64,000 bases of DNA from a virus: the IMG/VR virus record IMGVR_UViG_3300010396_000009, positions 11,232 to 75,231 of that record. One strand, written 5' to 3'. Shown piece after piece: positions 7,598 to 17,836 of this stretch (position 1 is its first letter; the number at the start of each line of letters is the position of its first letter). The position numbers were made by a program, and so were the translations under genes. The notes beneath the pieces were generated by a model. It worked only from the letters and a program-made list of their open reading frames with translations, had not been told where the DNA came from and did no database searches.

Positions 7598-10442
7598 TCA
7601 TGCCTCCTTTATCTCTTAGGTGGTCAGGTACCTGGGTTAACTCCATCTCCTTCAAGAGCGATATGAACTGCGGCGTCTTGATGTAGCCCTTCTCGGCCGG
7701 GCGACGCTTGACGGCTCGCTTCCTCACTAGTAGCGAGATCAGCTGAGCGGTCTGCTCATTGTCAAGCCCGGTCCAGTCCTTCACGTCAACCAGCGTGATG
7801 CAGTCATTGTACAGCAGCTGATCGCGCGCCTCATTAGGGAACGGCAGCCCGTCGATGAACTTGACTATCTGCTGTGGGTCGATCATGTCGCTCGTCGTTC
7901 TGATCGCCTCGGAGTAGAACTTATAGCCGAACGTCGGACTCCTATAGATCCTCAGCAGGTACTGCTCGATGTACTCTGCATGGCACGGTCTAACTACGCA
8001 CGTGAGCTCATCTCCTCCGTCCTCGCAGCTGAACGTTCGCATCGCGAGGGCAGCTGATAATCGGCTGATTTTGTGCCGCGTTGATCCGCGATCTATGATC
8101 GGAATATCATCTGAGAACTCATCTGTGAGTCTACCAGAGATCTCAGAGATCAGTCGCGAGGTCTCTGGCAGTATGACGACCTGCTTTTGCTTACGAGTCC
8201 AGCACCAGAGGATCAGCTCTTTGCACATGTCAGTCGTGTATTGGTGCTCAATTTTCGGTGGATCGCGAACAAGAGCGTTGAGAGCCCTCGCGTCTATCTC
8301 ACCGTCAGCGACGATTATATGAGCATCAAATCTTCTGATGTCCTCGGGAGCGCCGATTAAGTTCTTGATAGCCTCGACGCCGAACGCGTGCGATGACATC
8401 TTTCGATCATCGCGAGGATTAGATACGGCTATGAGCCTGGTCCTGGCTGGCGATCTGCGCTTCTCGATCTTCGTCGTCTGCGCGACGCCCGACGATCGCA
8501 TGTCAGTCAGTGAGGCGATCACCTCGACGCGGGCTCCCTTGAGCTCCTCGAGTATCACGAGGCGACGATCATGCTGCGGTATCACGCCCCACGAGACATA
8601 CCACTGCCCGCCGACTTGCTTAAGACCACCTAATAATCCAGCGACGCTCGCATTCTTGCACGGCACGATCTCGCCGAGCTGATAGTGCCGCATGAGCTTC
8701 TCGACGGTCTCTGACTTGCCGTTGGATGAATCTCCCACGATGAGCACCTCGACCCAGCCCTTCGTCAGCTTACCGTCCACGTCGAGGATCAGTGGAGAGT
8801 GATATGAGAGATCGACCATTAGGTGCATGTCGCGACGCAGGAATATCTTCGTCACATGGGTCTCAAGATCTGCATAAATATCATTTAATTTTTCGCTAAG
8901 TGATTCTACTGTCCACTCTTTGGGTCTGAATACCCGAAGGCTTGGCAGGTCCTGCGGCTTATACTTCGACAGCGAGTCATGGGTAGCCTCACTTTTGCTG
9001 AGCAGCAATGTAGCAGCCTGCGTCTTAGGGTGCGGCCACATCTTGCCGATGAACTTGTACGTGGTGTTTAGGTCGGCGTCACACTCCATGCAGATAGCAT
9101 GCTGCATCGTGCGCTCGGTATCAGTGTTAGTGATCTCGAGCGACGGGTTTATTCGCACGTCCCATGCATTGTAGTGGTCCTCGACAGAGATCCTGACCAC
9201 CTCGCACTTGCGCGGGATCACGAGCGCGGCTCGCATCGCGGAGTCTAGCTTCTCATGCGGCACGTCGATCATCTGAAGTATCGCGGGTGACTCGGCGGCG
9301 ACATGAAACGTTTTCTTATCCTGCGGATAGATGCCGCACAGCGCACAGCACTCCTGGCTCTTGTCACAGTCGATGGTGATTCGCTTCGGAACGATGAATG
9401 GCTTGTCCATCGCGGCGGAGACAACAGCGTCAAAAGACATCCGCTTGCCAACGTTCGTGCTCTGAATCGTGTCGCTGAACTTGGTCTCGGCAGGCAGCGC
9501 GTCGGGATCCTCTTCTACTTTTTTACCGGTGTCCACATACTCCGTGACCTTTGTGAGCTCGGCAAACAAGTCACCCTTCACCTTGGCGACGAAGTCGTTA
9601 ATGTCGCCTTTCGGATACGTGTCCCTGTCAAGCGGCAGATGTAGTATGCCAAGCCACTTGACCACCGGTCGCAGCACGACTGCTAATTTTATAGAGGCCT
9701 TGATACCAGCCTCGTCCACGTCCATGCATATCCACGCTCGCTTGCCAGCGAATCGCGACGTCAGGCCCGTGTGCCACTTACCCTCGCCGGATGTGGCGCT
9801 TACACAGCCAATCTTGTGCTTGTTGAGCTCCTGAGCCGCGACAAGAGCCTTCACCTCGCCGCCGCATAGCAAGATATCATCATACTCCATCTGGTCGATG
9901 GGATACAGGCGCACCGGCGTCCCGCGACCAGCGGCATTCTTGAACTTGGTTGGGCCAGGCGCACCGGGCAGATAGTACCTGATGTTGACATAAGCTCCGC
10001 TATCATTCGCGATTGGGATGGTCACCCTGTTCTCGTGACAACCCAGTCGTCGCTTGCGAATGGTGACATCTGTCACACCGCGAGCATATAGCTCCGACAA
10101 GAGATGCTTCTGCTCCCAGATAGCCTGGTGCTCGCGCTCGATCACGTCTATGTTGATCGTCTTGACCTGCTCAAGGTCATATCGCTTCTGCAGGTCAATG
10201 AATATTGCCGCTCGCGAGGTTTTCCAGACAGCGGCGAGGAACGATATGAAGTCGCCGCCCTTGTTGCACTGCGAGGCGTGGCAATAAAACTGCAGCGTTT
10301 TTAGGTTAAGGCTGCAGCTGGGAGTCGCGTCCTCATGGAATGGGCAGCGAACCTTCACCTCGTCACCCGAGAGGGGAAGAATCGGCGTCCATTTTGCTCG
10401 CTCGAGCTCAGTAAGTGCAGAGATCTGGGCCGCTTTTGCCAT
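7584..10442 (-). CDS. Primase-helicase fusion: CHC2 zinc finger, TOPRIM and MCM-like AAA+ helicase
   Basis: CPFHED...C..C zinc finger; DVD TOPRIM motif and KGDINDF; Walker A GDSSNGKS, ASVAGLLGG, Walker B LVILEE, sensor-1 RLIAVSNP, Arg finger IRRFD. Confidence 0.85.
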   Translation of the reverse strand: MAKAAQISALTELERAKWTPILPLSGDEVKVRCPFHEDATPSCSLNLKTLQFYCHASQCNKGGDFISFLAAVWKTSRAAIFIDLQKRYDLEQVKTINIDVIEREHQAIWEQKHLLSELYARGVTDVTIRKRRLGCHENRVTIPIANDSGAYVNIRYYLPGAPGPTKFKNAAGRGTPVRLYPIDQMEYDDILLCGGEVKALVAAQELNKHKIGCVSATSGEGKWHTGLTSRFAGKRAWICMDVDEAGIKASIKLAVVLRPVVKWLGILHLPLDRDTYPKGDINDFVAKVKGDLFAELTKVTEYVDTGKKVEEDPDALPAETKFSDTIQSTNVGKRMSFDAVVSAAMDKPFIVPKRITIDCDKSQECCALCGIYPQDKKTFHVAAESPAILQMIDVPHEKLDSAMRAALVIPRKCEVVRISVEDHYNAWDVRINPSLEITNTDTERTMQHAICMECDADLNTTYKFIGKMWPHPKTQAATLLLSKSEATHDSLSKYKPQDLPSLRVFRPKEWTVESLSEKLNDIYADLETHVTKIFLRRDMHLMVDLSYHSPLILDVDGKLTKGWVEVLIVGDSSNGKSETVEKLMRHYQLGEIVPCKNASVAGLLGGLKQVGGQWYVSWGVIPQHDRRLVILEELKGARVEVIASLTDMRSSGVAQTTKIEKRRSPARTRLIAVSNPRDDRKMSSHAFGVEAIKNLIGAPEDIRRFDAHIIVADGEIDARALNALVRDPPKIEHQYTTDMCKELILWCWTRKQKQVVILPETSRLISEISGRLTDEFSDDIPIIDRGSTRHKISRLSAALAMRTFSCEDGGDELTCVVRPCHAEYIEQYLLRIYRSPTFGYKFYSEAIRTTSDMIDPQQIVKFIDGLPFPNEARDQLLYNDCITLVDVKDWTGLDNEQTAQLISLLVRKRAVKRRPAEKGYIKTPQFISLLKEMELTQVPDHLRDKGGMSEKF

Positions 10443-10469
10443 ATTGGTGGAACGAGTGCATCATGCGGA

Positions 10470-10512
10470 GAATAAGAAACCCGGCGGCAGCTCTTACAAT
10501 ACTACCGCCGGG
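10470..10512 (-). terminator. Rho-independent terminator after the SSB-like gene
   Basis: CCCGGCGG...CCGCCGGG stem followed by TTTCTTATT on the minus strand. Confidence 0.65.
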
Positions 10513-10531
10513 CGGACCAGGGCAGTGCTTC

Positions 10532-11398
10532 CTAGAACTTGCTCTCCCCGCTCGTCTCCGCGGCCTGGGCCTCGGCCTCTTCCTCCTCATGGTCAGTGAC
10601 CAAGAGTCGCTCGGCGTGCTTGGCTTTCAGGTCGCGATGCGCCTGCTGAAGGGCCTGGGCCTCGCCGGGATCCATGACAAAGGGTGAAACACCCTCGACG
10701 GTCGGCGACGACACGTCGATGCCGTACCATTCGCCACCCTCCGAAGTGCGCTTCTTGGGGTTCACCCGACCCTCGTAGACCTGGCCCCACAGCGGAACTT
10801 GTTGTGACTTCATCGAGATCATGTCACAGAGCCGCTGCCCGCGAGCGTACTCGCCGCCCGAGAATGTCAGGAGCACAGGAATTCGCGACAGCTCCTCCTG
10901 GAGCGCGAGCCAGCACACGAAGTTGAAGTACTGCTTGTGCTTGATCATGAACTTATCATTCTCTGGGCACTTCTCTGTGCGCTTGTCCTTGTCGCGAGAC
11001 TTGATCGCGATGTCCGAGCCTGGGTCAAATGACTGGGCGCGGATCATCGGAAGCTTGTCCTTCATCTGGAACGGGTTGACCGTGCACCACTCGCTGAAGA
11101 ACAGCAGCGGAATGAAGTGAAACGGTACATCGTTCTCAGCGAGCAGCATATTCACAGGGGTCACGATGACCGATCCCTCCTGAAAGTCGCTGAAGATGCT
11201 CGTCCGATTGGACTGCATCACCTTCAACCGACCTGGGCGAAGGTACTTGCGCACCTCCTCGGTGCCCTCGCCGGCCGCGACCCTGAGGTGCTCAGGAATC
11301 TGCGACGCAAGCCCTGTTGGTCCACCGAGGATCAACCCATAACCTGGGCGCGGAGCCTCGGCAACTGCGACATCAGTACTCTCTTGCTTCTTAGCCAT
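10532..11398 (-). CDS. Probable single-stranded DNA-binding protein
   Basis: Lies in the replication block; beta-rich core with acidic tail ending in Phe; own promoter and terminator. Confidence 0.55.
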   Translation of the reverse strand: MAKKQESTDVAVAEAPRPGYGLILGGPTGLASQIPEHLRVAAGEGTEEVRKYLRPGRLKVMQSNRTSIFSDFQEGSVIVTPVNMLLAENDVPFHFIPLLFFSEWCTVNPFQMKDKLPMIRAQSFDPGSDIAIKSRDKDKRTEKCPENDKFMIKHKQYFNFVCWLALQEELSRIPVLLTFSGGEYARGQRLCDMISMKSQQVPLWGQVYEGRVNPKKRTSEGGEWYGIDVSSPTVEGVSPFVMDPGEAQALQQAHRDLKAKHAERLLVTDHEEEEAEAQAAETSGESKF

Positions 11399-11483
11399 TT
11401 TACATCTTCTTTCTATCAGGCCCCTCGATTAGTAAAGAATCGCTGCTAGGCCGAGGCCAGAGCCAGAAGCGATCACGAGGCGT

Positions 11484-11512
11484 ATTATACTCTGCAAGCT
11501 CTGCTCAGTACA
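11484..11512 (-). promoter_or_regulatory. Promoter TGTACT-17nt-TATAAT
   Basis: Intergenic, upstream of the SSB-like gene. Confidence 0.65.
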
Positions 11513-11519
11513 CACTAAA

Positions 11520-12230
11520 TTAAAAAATATTCTCCTCTTCATCGCTCTCGGGTTTTGGGTCGTCTGACCCCTCGGTATTTTTTGCGTCCTGATCATGCAG
11601 AAGGCCCTTGAGCATAATCGCCAGCGCGTTAAGCGCTGCGTAGTCATTCGGGTCAGTCTTAGCCGCGGCCTTCATGATGTTCTGCTGCTTCTTGAGCAGC
11701 TCTGGATCACTGATTACGCCGGGCTCGACTCCTTTCTTGTTGCGAATCGTTACCCTATACTGCGGCAGCATCTTGGATGGATCGCATCCAGGTGGAATAT
11801 TGCCGCCCTTGGCGATGTCCTCGCTGATTCGCTCGAGCATAGACGGCCAGTGCGGCCTGAACGGCACTCCTTCCGGGATCTTGAAGTACTCGCGCATCAG
11901 CTCGTACTCGGGCGACCCGTACTTCGGAGTCACGACCGTCTGCTTGACCTCGGGCGAGCCAGTGCACTTCTCTGTCCTGATCGGCTCGTAGTCACCCTTC
12001 AGGGTCCAACACATGCACGCAAGGCGCTCAAAAAACTCATAGAGCTTCTTGACCTCCCTGCGGATGTCCTCCAGGGCGGCAGCGGCCTCCTTGAGAGCGT
12101 ATATCGAGTCAACGAGTGCCTCGAGATCCGGCTTGGTGGCCCCGGTTTGTCGCAGCTCCATTAACTTGTGATAAATGTGCTCATGCGCTCGACGAGCCTC
12201 CGCATGGATATCCCTATCTAGTTGCTGCAT
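11520..12230 (-). CDS. Hypothetical protein (coiled-coil N-terminus, acidic tail)
   Basis: Long ORF collinear with the operon, RBS present. Confidence 0.7.
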   Translation of the reverse strand: MQQLDRDIHAEARRAHEHIYHKLMELRQTGATKPDLEALVDSIYALKEAAAALEDIRREVKKLYEFFERLACMCWTLKGDYEPIRTEKCTGSPEVKQTVVTPKYGSPEYELMREYFKIPEGVPFRPHWPSMLERISEDIAKGGNIPPGCDPSKMLPQYRVTIRNKKGVEPGVISDPELLKKQQNIMKAAAKTDPNDYAALNALAIMLKGLLHDQDAKNTEGSDDPKPESDEEENIF

Positions 12231-12257
12231 TGCATCACCCTTTTCTAAACATAGGAC

Positions 12258-12590
12258 TTAGGACATAGAACTGCTTAGCGCGCTCAGGTCAACCTCTCGA
12301 AAGTTTCTGACGTCCTTGTCATGATCGAAGCACAATAGCCTCACATCGCCGTACAGCCAGACCGCGACCGCCAGCATGATAGATACGTCGATCATCTTGC
12401 CGGACACGGCAATCGCGTCCTCGCTCGGATCGAAGCTATTCTCGCGGAACGCCTGATCTACTTGGCTCATGAAGCCAGGATCATGCCAAGGAAAGTGCTT
12501 AGACTCGTCGCTGAACAAGAACACAAGCGGCCCGAACTTCTTGGCCTTGAACATCGAGTACTCAGTGGGCTCGAGCACGAAGACACGCAT
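12258..12590 (-). CDS. Hypothetical protein (110 aa)
   Basis: GAGGTG RBS; downstream of a promoter. Confidence 0.65.
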   Translation of the reverse strand: MRVFVLEPTEYSMFKAKKFGPLVFLFSDESKHFPWHDPGFMSQVDQAFRENSFDPSEDAIAVSGKMIDVSIMLAVAVWLYGDVRLLCFDHDKDVRNFREVDLSALSSSMS

Positions 12591-12629
12591 CGTGATTCAC
12601 CTCATAGATATAGGACACAGGACTTTGAT

Positions 12630-12658
12630 ATTATACCAATGACCCGTGATGATGTACA
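12630..12658 (-). promoter_or_regulatory. Promoter TGTACA-17nt-TATAAT at the head of the replication operon
   Basis: Intergenic, exact spacing. Confidence 0.65.
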
Positions 12659-12660
12659 CC

Positions 12661-13557
12661 CTAACCGTCTTCCCTGCGAGTAGTGAAATACTCAGCGACT
12701 CCTCTCACGAGTCGTTGCTTATTCTTGAGTGCGTGCTCTGTCCACGACACCGCGCCGTTCTCAAGAATCTCTAGATCGGTATCCGGATCCACTTCGCGCA
12801 TCCAATAGCGACGCTCGCTGTTCTGTCGATCGCGAAGATCTCCGTGCCACATATGAACAACACTGCCCATCACGAATCCCATCTCACCCTTGACGTCTAT
12901 CTGCCAATCAGCGGCCCACCTGGCCAGGTGCCTCGCCATAGGCTTGCCGATCGACTCATCGAATCCTGGTGACTTATCTAGGGTGAACCCGCGAAGCATC
13001 GCTGAGTCGCCGCAACCAGTGATCATATATGGGTAGAGCTTATTCTTCTTAAGCAACTCTGAGCGAGCGGCCCATGCGAAGCCTGGATGTGATACTGAGA
13101 AGTCTCGCCAGCACTCGTGGCCCGTCGAGTAGTGCCAGCCAACTGAGCGCACAGTCGACGCGATCTCATCATCGCGATCCAAAAGGTGTGCCTGGCTGAA
13201 CATTTGAACTACCGGGAAGTGATCGAGCTCTCTCCTTGTCGCCTCGAGCCAGCCGTCGCGCATGAACAAGATGTCTGCATCAATCCACGCGATGGCCTCA
13301 TAGCTATCTGCGAGATGATCGATCAGGGTGTTGAGCAGCGCCTCCTTCTGCCATAGCGTGCAGCGGTCGCGAGGTACGACGATAGAGTTAAGGTCGTTCG
13401 CCTGATCATCGAACGCAAGGTGAGCCATCGCGTACGGCGCATCATACTCGTGAAGCATCCTGCGAAACCTCGCGAGATTATATGCGGGCCTCACGTAATT
13501 ACAGGGATTGAAATGAGTAAAAATGATGCAGAGCGGCTCTTTTGACATGAAAACCAA
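12661..13557 (-). CDS. GT-A fold glycosyltransferase-like protein
   Basis: WQKEALLN, WIDADILF (DxD), PGFAWAAR, GCGD, HMWHG. Confidence 0.75.
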   Translation of the reverse strand: MVFMSKEPLCIIFTHFNPCNYVRPAYNLARFRRMLHEYDAPYAMAHLAFDDQANDLNSIVVPRDRCTLWQKEALLNTLIDHLADSYEAIAWIDADILFMRDGWLEATRRELDHFPVVQMFSQAHLLDRDDEIASTVRSVGWHYSTGHECWRDFSVSHPGFAWAARSELLKKNKLYPYMITGCGDSAMLRGFTLDKSPGFDESIGKPMARHLARWAADWQIDVKGEMGFVMGSVVHMWHGDLRDRQNSERRYWMREVDPDTDLEILENGAVSWTEHALKNKQRLVRGVAEYFTTRREDG

Positions 13558-13702
13558 CCTTATAGCGGTCTCTGGTAAGGCCCAGGAATGGGATAGATTA
13601 GTTAAATGATTATTCCATCAGGTTAACTGTGGACATTAATTCGGGAAAGTAATTATGACTCATTTCCTAGTTTACCAGCCTTACCTATTTTAACAGCAAG
13701 TA

Positions 13703-14008
13703 TCACAGCTCCAGCCCAAGATTCCTGTGCCTTGCTTGGGCGACCTTCAAGCTGGGCATGGCTCGCTCAAGAGCGTGGTCCACGTCGCAGGCCCTAAGGT
13801 AGATCCTAAACTCGTCATGCGAGTACTTGTTGCTATCATCCAGGCACTCCATGACGATGACCTGATCTATACTCCAGAGTGATGTATCGAGCGCCCTGCA
13901 GACATCGACGTAACCCTTCGACGTGAGTCGCACTCTCCATAGCACCATTGGCTTAGTGAATCGCCCAAGCATGATCAGCAATCGTCGAAACCAGTTAGTA
14001 TAGATCAT
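13703..14008 (-). CDS. Hypothetical protein
   Basis: ATGA coupling to the upstream GT. Confidence 0.55.
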   Translation of the reverse strand: MIYTNWFRRLLIMLGRFTKPMVLWRVRLTSKGYVDVCRALDTSLWSIDQVIVMECLDDSNKYSHDEFRIYLRACDVDHALERAMPSLKVAQARHRNLGLEL

Positions 14009-14772
14009 GGTTTGAACCCAGTAGGAGAATGCCCTGGCACGTCTACGTGCTCGTTGAACTCGCCAGGTGATGGTCGCTCACCTCGCCAACCCTTGGTCCT
14101 TACAAGGAGTCGCATGTCCTTATCGTGATCAGCGAGCTTATCTATGATCGCGCCATCACGACGAGGGGATATGCGCCCACACCAATTAGTGTCGTGTGGT
14201 CCAAGGTGAAGAACATAGAACGGCAAATAGACTTTCTCGGCCGGTGTCCAGCGAGATTGAAAATAACCATCCCCACCTCCGGCGTGTGTGAATGTGACAT
14301 CGTACCACGGACGCTTCTTTATATGAGAGTCGTCAGCATGAAACAAGTGAAAGTAACCCGCAAAGCACACATCCTTGATCGGCGACAATTGACTCCACTC
14401 AAAGCTGGGAGTCCATGATAGCGGATCCTGCAGCACTAGGCGACGAGCGCTATACAGCGTAGACTGATTGAGCCTATGTAGTGATAGTCGCTCAGGGAGC
14501 AGAGTATCAGCGTCAAATACTATAATCCATCCATCGCGACCAAGTGCGTCAAATCCCTCCTCCATCGCCAGGCCCTTATTGAACTTGGCCCCGTGCCTAT
14601 AAAAGGCGTCTGTTTCAAAAACCTTGGCACCTGGCACCTTGGAGACTACGTCCTTGGTTCTTTGATCGTCTGGGTGAGTCACGACGACGCATTCGCTCAG
14701 GTGACGCATGTTGCGCACTAGAGTGATCTCCAGCAGGTCGTCGTATCCAACGCAGATCGTGATACCCTTCAC
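14005..14772 (-). CDS. GT-A fold glycosyltransferase
   Basis: ITICVGY, FNKG, VFDADTLL (DxD), GYFHLF, GGGD, VLHLG. Confidence 0.75.
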   Translation of the reverse strand: MKGITICVGYDDLLEITLVRNMRHLSECVVVTHPDDQRTKDVVSKVPGAKVFETDAFYRHGAKFNKGLAMEEGFDALGRDGWIIVFDADTLLPERLSLHRLNQSTLYSARRLVLQDPLSWTPSFEWSQLSPIKDVCFAGYFHLFHADDSHIKKRPWYDVTFTHAGGGDGYFQSRWTPAEKVYLPFYVLHLGPHDTNWCGRISPRRDGAIIDKLADHDKDMRLLVRTKGWRGERPSPGEFNEHVDVPGHSPTGFKP

Positions 14773-15428
14773 GCTTTTCTCCCTATGGCGTATAAAAAGC
14801 TCTCACGCTCTATGATCTTTCGCTTCGCTATGCGGCAATCCGTTAACCCGGCGTTCATCATGCAGCTAAGCAGAGTCTGCTCGTTGAAGAACCACCAATG
14901 ATCTGGGTTGCATGGATCCTCATCATCAGGGACTATGATAATCATATGCCCATCTCGCGTTACATGACGAACTAGAAGCTTGAGCTGCTCTGGAGCATCT
15001 CTCAGGTGCTCTAGCACATGAGCCGCTAGGATCAGGTCGTATGTATCGCGAAATAGCTCGATCGCCTCGCAGCTGCAAAGATACGCGTTATGACCCTGCG
15101 CAATCATCCAATCAATGGCGTACTGCCTTGTATCTATGCCGACGTAGTCATAGCTGAGACTTATTAACCACTCGGCGTATGGGCTCAGCCCGCATCCCAC
15201 CTCGAGTGCTTCTCCGCCAAGCAGATAGTCAAAGTGCGCGCCAAGCGCATCACCTAGCTCTTTGATATAGGTGCTTGGCTCAGCTTTCATCATGTCTTCA
15301 TAGTACTGTTTGCCAAACGACAATGACTCCCGCTCTTTTATGTGAAACTCACACTTCGAGAGGCATCGCTGCACACTGCTGTCGACATCTATCTCATTGA
15401 CACAACCACACTCTAGGTTGATGCTCAT
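14769..15428 (-). CDS. Class I SAM-dependent methyltransferase
   Basis: LEVGCG, VGID, YDLILAAHVLEHL; probable start MSINLEC at 15428. Confidence 0.85.
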   Translation of the reverse strand: MSINLECGCVNEIDVDSSVQRCLSKCEFHIKERESLSFGKQYYEDMMKAEPSTYIKELGDALGAHFDYLLGGEALEVGCGLSPYAEWLISLSYDYVGIDTRQYAIDWMIAQGHNAYLCSCEAIELFRDTYDLILAAHVLEHLRDAPEQLKLLVRHVTRDGHMIIIVPDDEDPCNPDHWWFFNEQTLLSCMMNAGLTDCRIAKRKIIERESFLYAIGRKA

Positions 15429-15997
15429 GCTCGCTTCCAATCTGGTCCAGGAATGCCCATCTTGTAGATGTACCATGACGGGAGCACCTCATGCGTCAGA
15501 TAGACAGTGCCGTCTATCTCATCAGCGAACTCCTGCACAGCTCGCATTACTCCTGGGTGAGTCTCATCATAGTCATGCCCGGCTAGTATTCCGCGATCGC
15601 TCAGCTTCTCCCACCATATCTTTATGTCCGTTTTTACGGCCTCATATGAATGATCCGCGTCTATGTACACCCAGTCGATCGGTGGTGGGGTGTATAGATG
15701 AATTTTCTCAGCCACGACCACAGAGGATTCGAGTATGAGCCGCGCCCTGCCTGAGTGCGCTGAGTACTTGCTGACAGCTGCGTGAAAGTCTCCCTCACGG
15801 CTAAGCGAGTGATCAAAGTGCCTGGCATAATCGTCGACGCCAAAGTAAGTGTGCCCGTACCATGAGTTGAAAAAGTGCTGGGAGTACTCACCGCGATCGA
15901 CGCCAATCTCCACACAGCAATATAACCGTCGCCAATTGCAGAGCAATGAGAGCTCTAGGCGATGGTCGACCTCATGTGACTTGACTATCTTACTCAT
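15425..15997 (-). CDS. Methyltransf_24-type O-methyltransferase
   Basis: VEIGVDRG, VYIDADHSYEAVKTDI, GILAGHDY, PGVMRAV. Confidence 0.85.
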   Translation of the reverse strand: MSKIVKSHEVDHRLELSLLCNWRRLYCCVEIGVDRGEYSQHFFNSWYGHTYFGVDDYARHFDHSLSREGDFHAAVSKYSAHSGRARLILESSVVVAEKIHLYTPPPIDWVYIDADHSYEAVKTDIKIWWEKLSDRGILAGHDYDETHPGVMRAVQEFADEIDGTVYLTHEVLPSWYIYKMGIPGPDWKRA

Positions 15998-16995
15998 ACC
16001 TTTCCGTTCTCCACATAATCGGTACCACGATTGAGAGCGTTCTCCTTAATCTGCTCCCTGTTATCGACCAGCTGTACAAGCCGATTCTTGGGCTTTGGCT
16101 TATAGATGCTCTTATGCGTCTCGCTCACTTGCTCTGCAGAGCCACCGATGGCCAAGTCTCCATACCCACGCATCGGAAACCCACAAGCCATGCAATGATA
16201 CCTGACCTGAGCGTCGAAGGCGTCTATGCCCTTGTTCCACCAACCGTCAATGACTGGAACGCCCAGATCAGGATAATCAGGCTCGTCTTGGTGCAGCACT
16301 GCCTGCGCACCAGCAATTTCGCAAAACCAACCGCGAAGCTCTCCCCTGAACTCGTTGATCATGGCCGACCAGTATTGATTGACATCGCACCTGCCGATCA
16401 GCTGCCAGCGCTCTGCCTCATCCATTATAACGTCTTGCATCGCTACGTACACTGGTGAGTGCCGAGCATCGCCGACCTGGTGGGCCCTCTGCATTGGATC
16501 AATTATCAGCTTCGCCTCGTGCCAGGATGGATCGAGGCCCTTCAGGTACGGGCGGCACTCTGGCCAGTCAGAGCAGAACTCATCATATGCCTCGCGGCTT
16601 AGATGAACGTTCAAATTAGAAACCTTTGGATCGAACGTCACCCGCATCGTCTTGGCATTACCCCTTGGATGATTGCACCAGATACCTCGCTGCTCGAACA
16701 TCGTGAGCTCACGAAGAATTTGGCACAGCTGATCAAACTGCGGATGCAGAGCCGGGTTGCCTCCAAATAGTCCGATGACGCCGAAGTAGCCCTTGAGCGA
16801 TTCAACGGCGGCGCGATAGTGCTCAGGCGTCATCATCCACTTCTTACCCTGCAAGTTAGAGCCCTGCGTGCATCCAAAGCAAGCCTGATCGCATGATCTA
16901 GTGACGCAGATCTGCAACACACCACCTCGCCAGATGCTGGGACGACGATCACGCGGAGACTTCATTGTCGCTGGGAGCGGTATCATCTGAGTCAT
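15994..16995 (-). CDS. Radical SAM-like enzyme
   Basis: CxxxCxxC (CDQACFGC), FGGNPALHP, C-terminal Cys cluster. Confidence 0.75.
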   Translation of the reverse strand: MTQMIPLPATMKSPRDRRPSIWRGGVLQICVTRSCDQACFGCTQGSNLQGKKWMMTPEHYRAAVESLKGYFGVIGLFGGNPALHPQFDQLCQILRELTMFEQRGIWCNHPRGNAKTMRVTFDPKVSNLNVHLSREAYDEFCSDWPECRPYLKGLDPSWHEAKLIIDPMQRAHQVGDARHSPVYVAMQDVIMDEAERWQLIGRCDVNQYWSAMINEFRGELRGWFCEIAGAQAVLHQDEPDYPDLGVPVIDGWWNKGIDAFDAQVRYHCMACGFPMRGYGDLAIGGSAEQVSETHKSIYKPKPKNRLVQLVDNREQIKENALNRGTDYVENGKV

Positions 16996-17624
16996 TGCAG
17001 TCGAGCCTTTGCTATTTCCGGGAGCTTCTCATACCATCCAGGTGCACCCATCGCATTCTGCATGTGATAGTGCCCAGTATGCCACTGAAATCTATAACTA
17101 GGATTTGGGTTAGCTGACAAAGTATCCATCGGCATCCCAAGCTTTGCGATCATCATCTGATCAAACGTCTCTGAGTTAGTCTCAGGCCACTTCGGTCCTC
17201 GCTGAAACGCTATTGACCCATGAAACCTACCAGACGCGTCCTCAAGCTCAACGTTTCCAGTGTAATCACTCTCGACCATGGAGGGCTTGCTAAAGCGACC
17301 GTACTTGGTAGTATTGACATGGGCACTGATGTGCCATGGCTTATACAAGTCATCATCGTCCCAGACAACTAGAACATCGCCCAGTGCGAGCTTCAGCATC
17401 TCGTTGTACTTCTCGGGCATTGACTTAAAGCGATTCTGGAACCAATAGTACCGAACAAGAGTCGAGTCTCTGTCGAGCCACGCGGCGCTATCACTATCGT
17501 CAAAGATCAGCAGCTCTCGCCGATCGGCTGGGTAGTCCTGCGACAGAAACATCTGAATCGATTTATCGAGTAGCCTGGGCCTCTGATATGTTGGGCAGAG
17601 GCACGTCACGAACGGCAGAGGCAT
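16992..17624 (-). CDS. Glycosyltransferase family 2
   Basis: VTCLCPTYQR, QDYP, ELLIFDDS, WDDDD. Confidence 0.85.
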   Translation of the reverse strand: MPLPFVTCLCPTYQRPRLLDKSIQMFLSQDYPADRRELLIFDDSDSAAWLDRDSTLVRYYWFQNRFKSMPEKYNEMLKLALGDVLVVWDDDDLYKPWHISAHVNTTKYGRFSKPSMVESDYTGNVELEDASGRFHGSIAFQRGPKWPETNSETFDQMMIAKLGMPMDTLSANPNPSYRFQWHTGHYHMQNAMGAPGWYEKLPEIAKARLQ

Positions 17625-17626
17625 AG

Positions 17627-17836
17627 CTATTCTTTCACAAAGACAGGAAACTGAATCTGATCAGCTGAGCCAGGCTGCAAAAATGTCAGCTCGCGTGTGC
17701 ACTCTGCGCACCACATTTTTAGAGTCACCGTAAGCTGACCTGCGTCTGATCTGTGCACAGACACCTCAGACCTAAACTGCTTGTGCTCGCAATCTAGTCT
17801 TTTCCATGGAGTGGTAGTAGTCTGAATATAGCTCAT
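17627..17836 (-). CDS. Small hypothetical protein
   Basis: ATGA coupling; C..H and CxxC residues. Confidence 0.55.
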   Translation of the reverse strand: MSYIQTTTTPWKRLDCEHKQFRSEVSVHRSDAGQLTVTLKMWCAECTRELTFLQPGSADQIQFPVFVKE

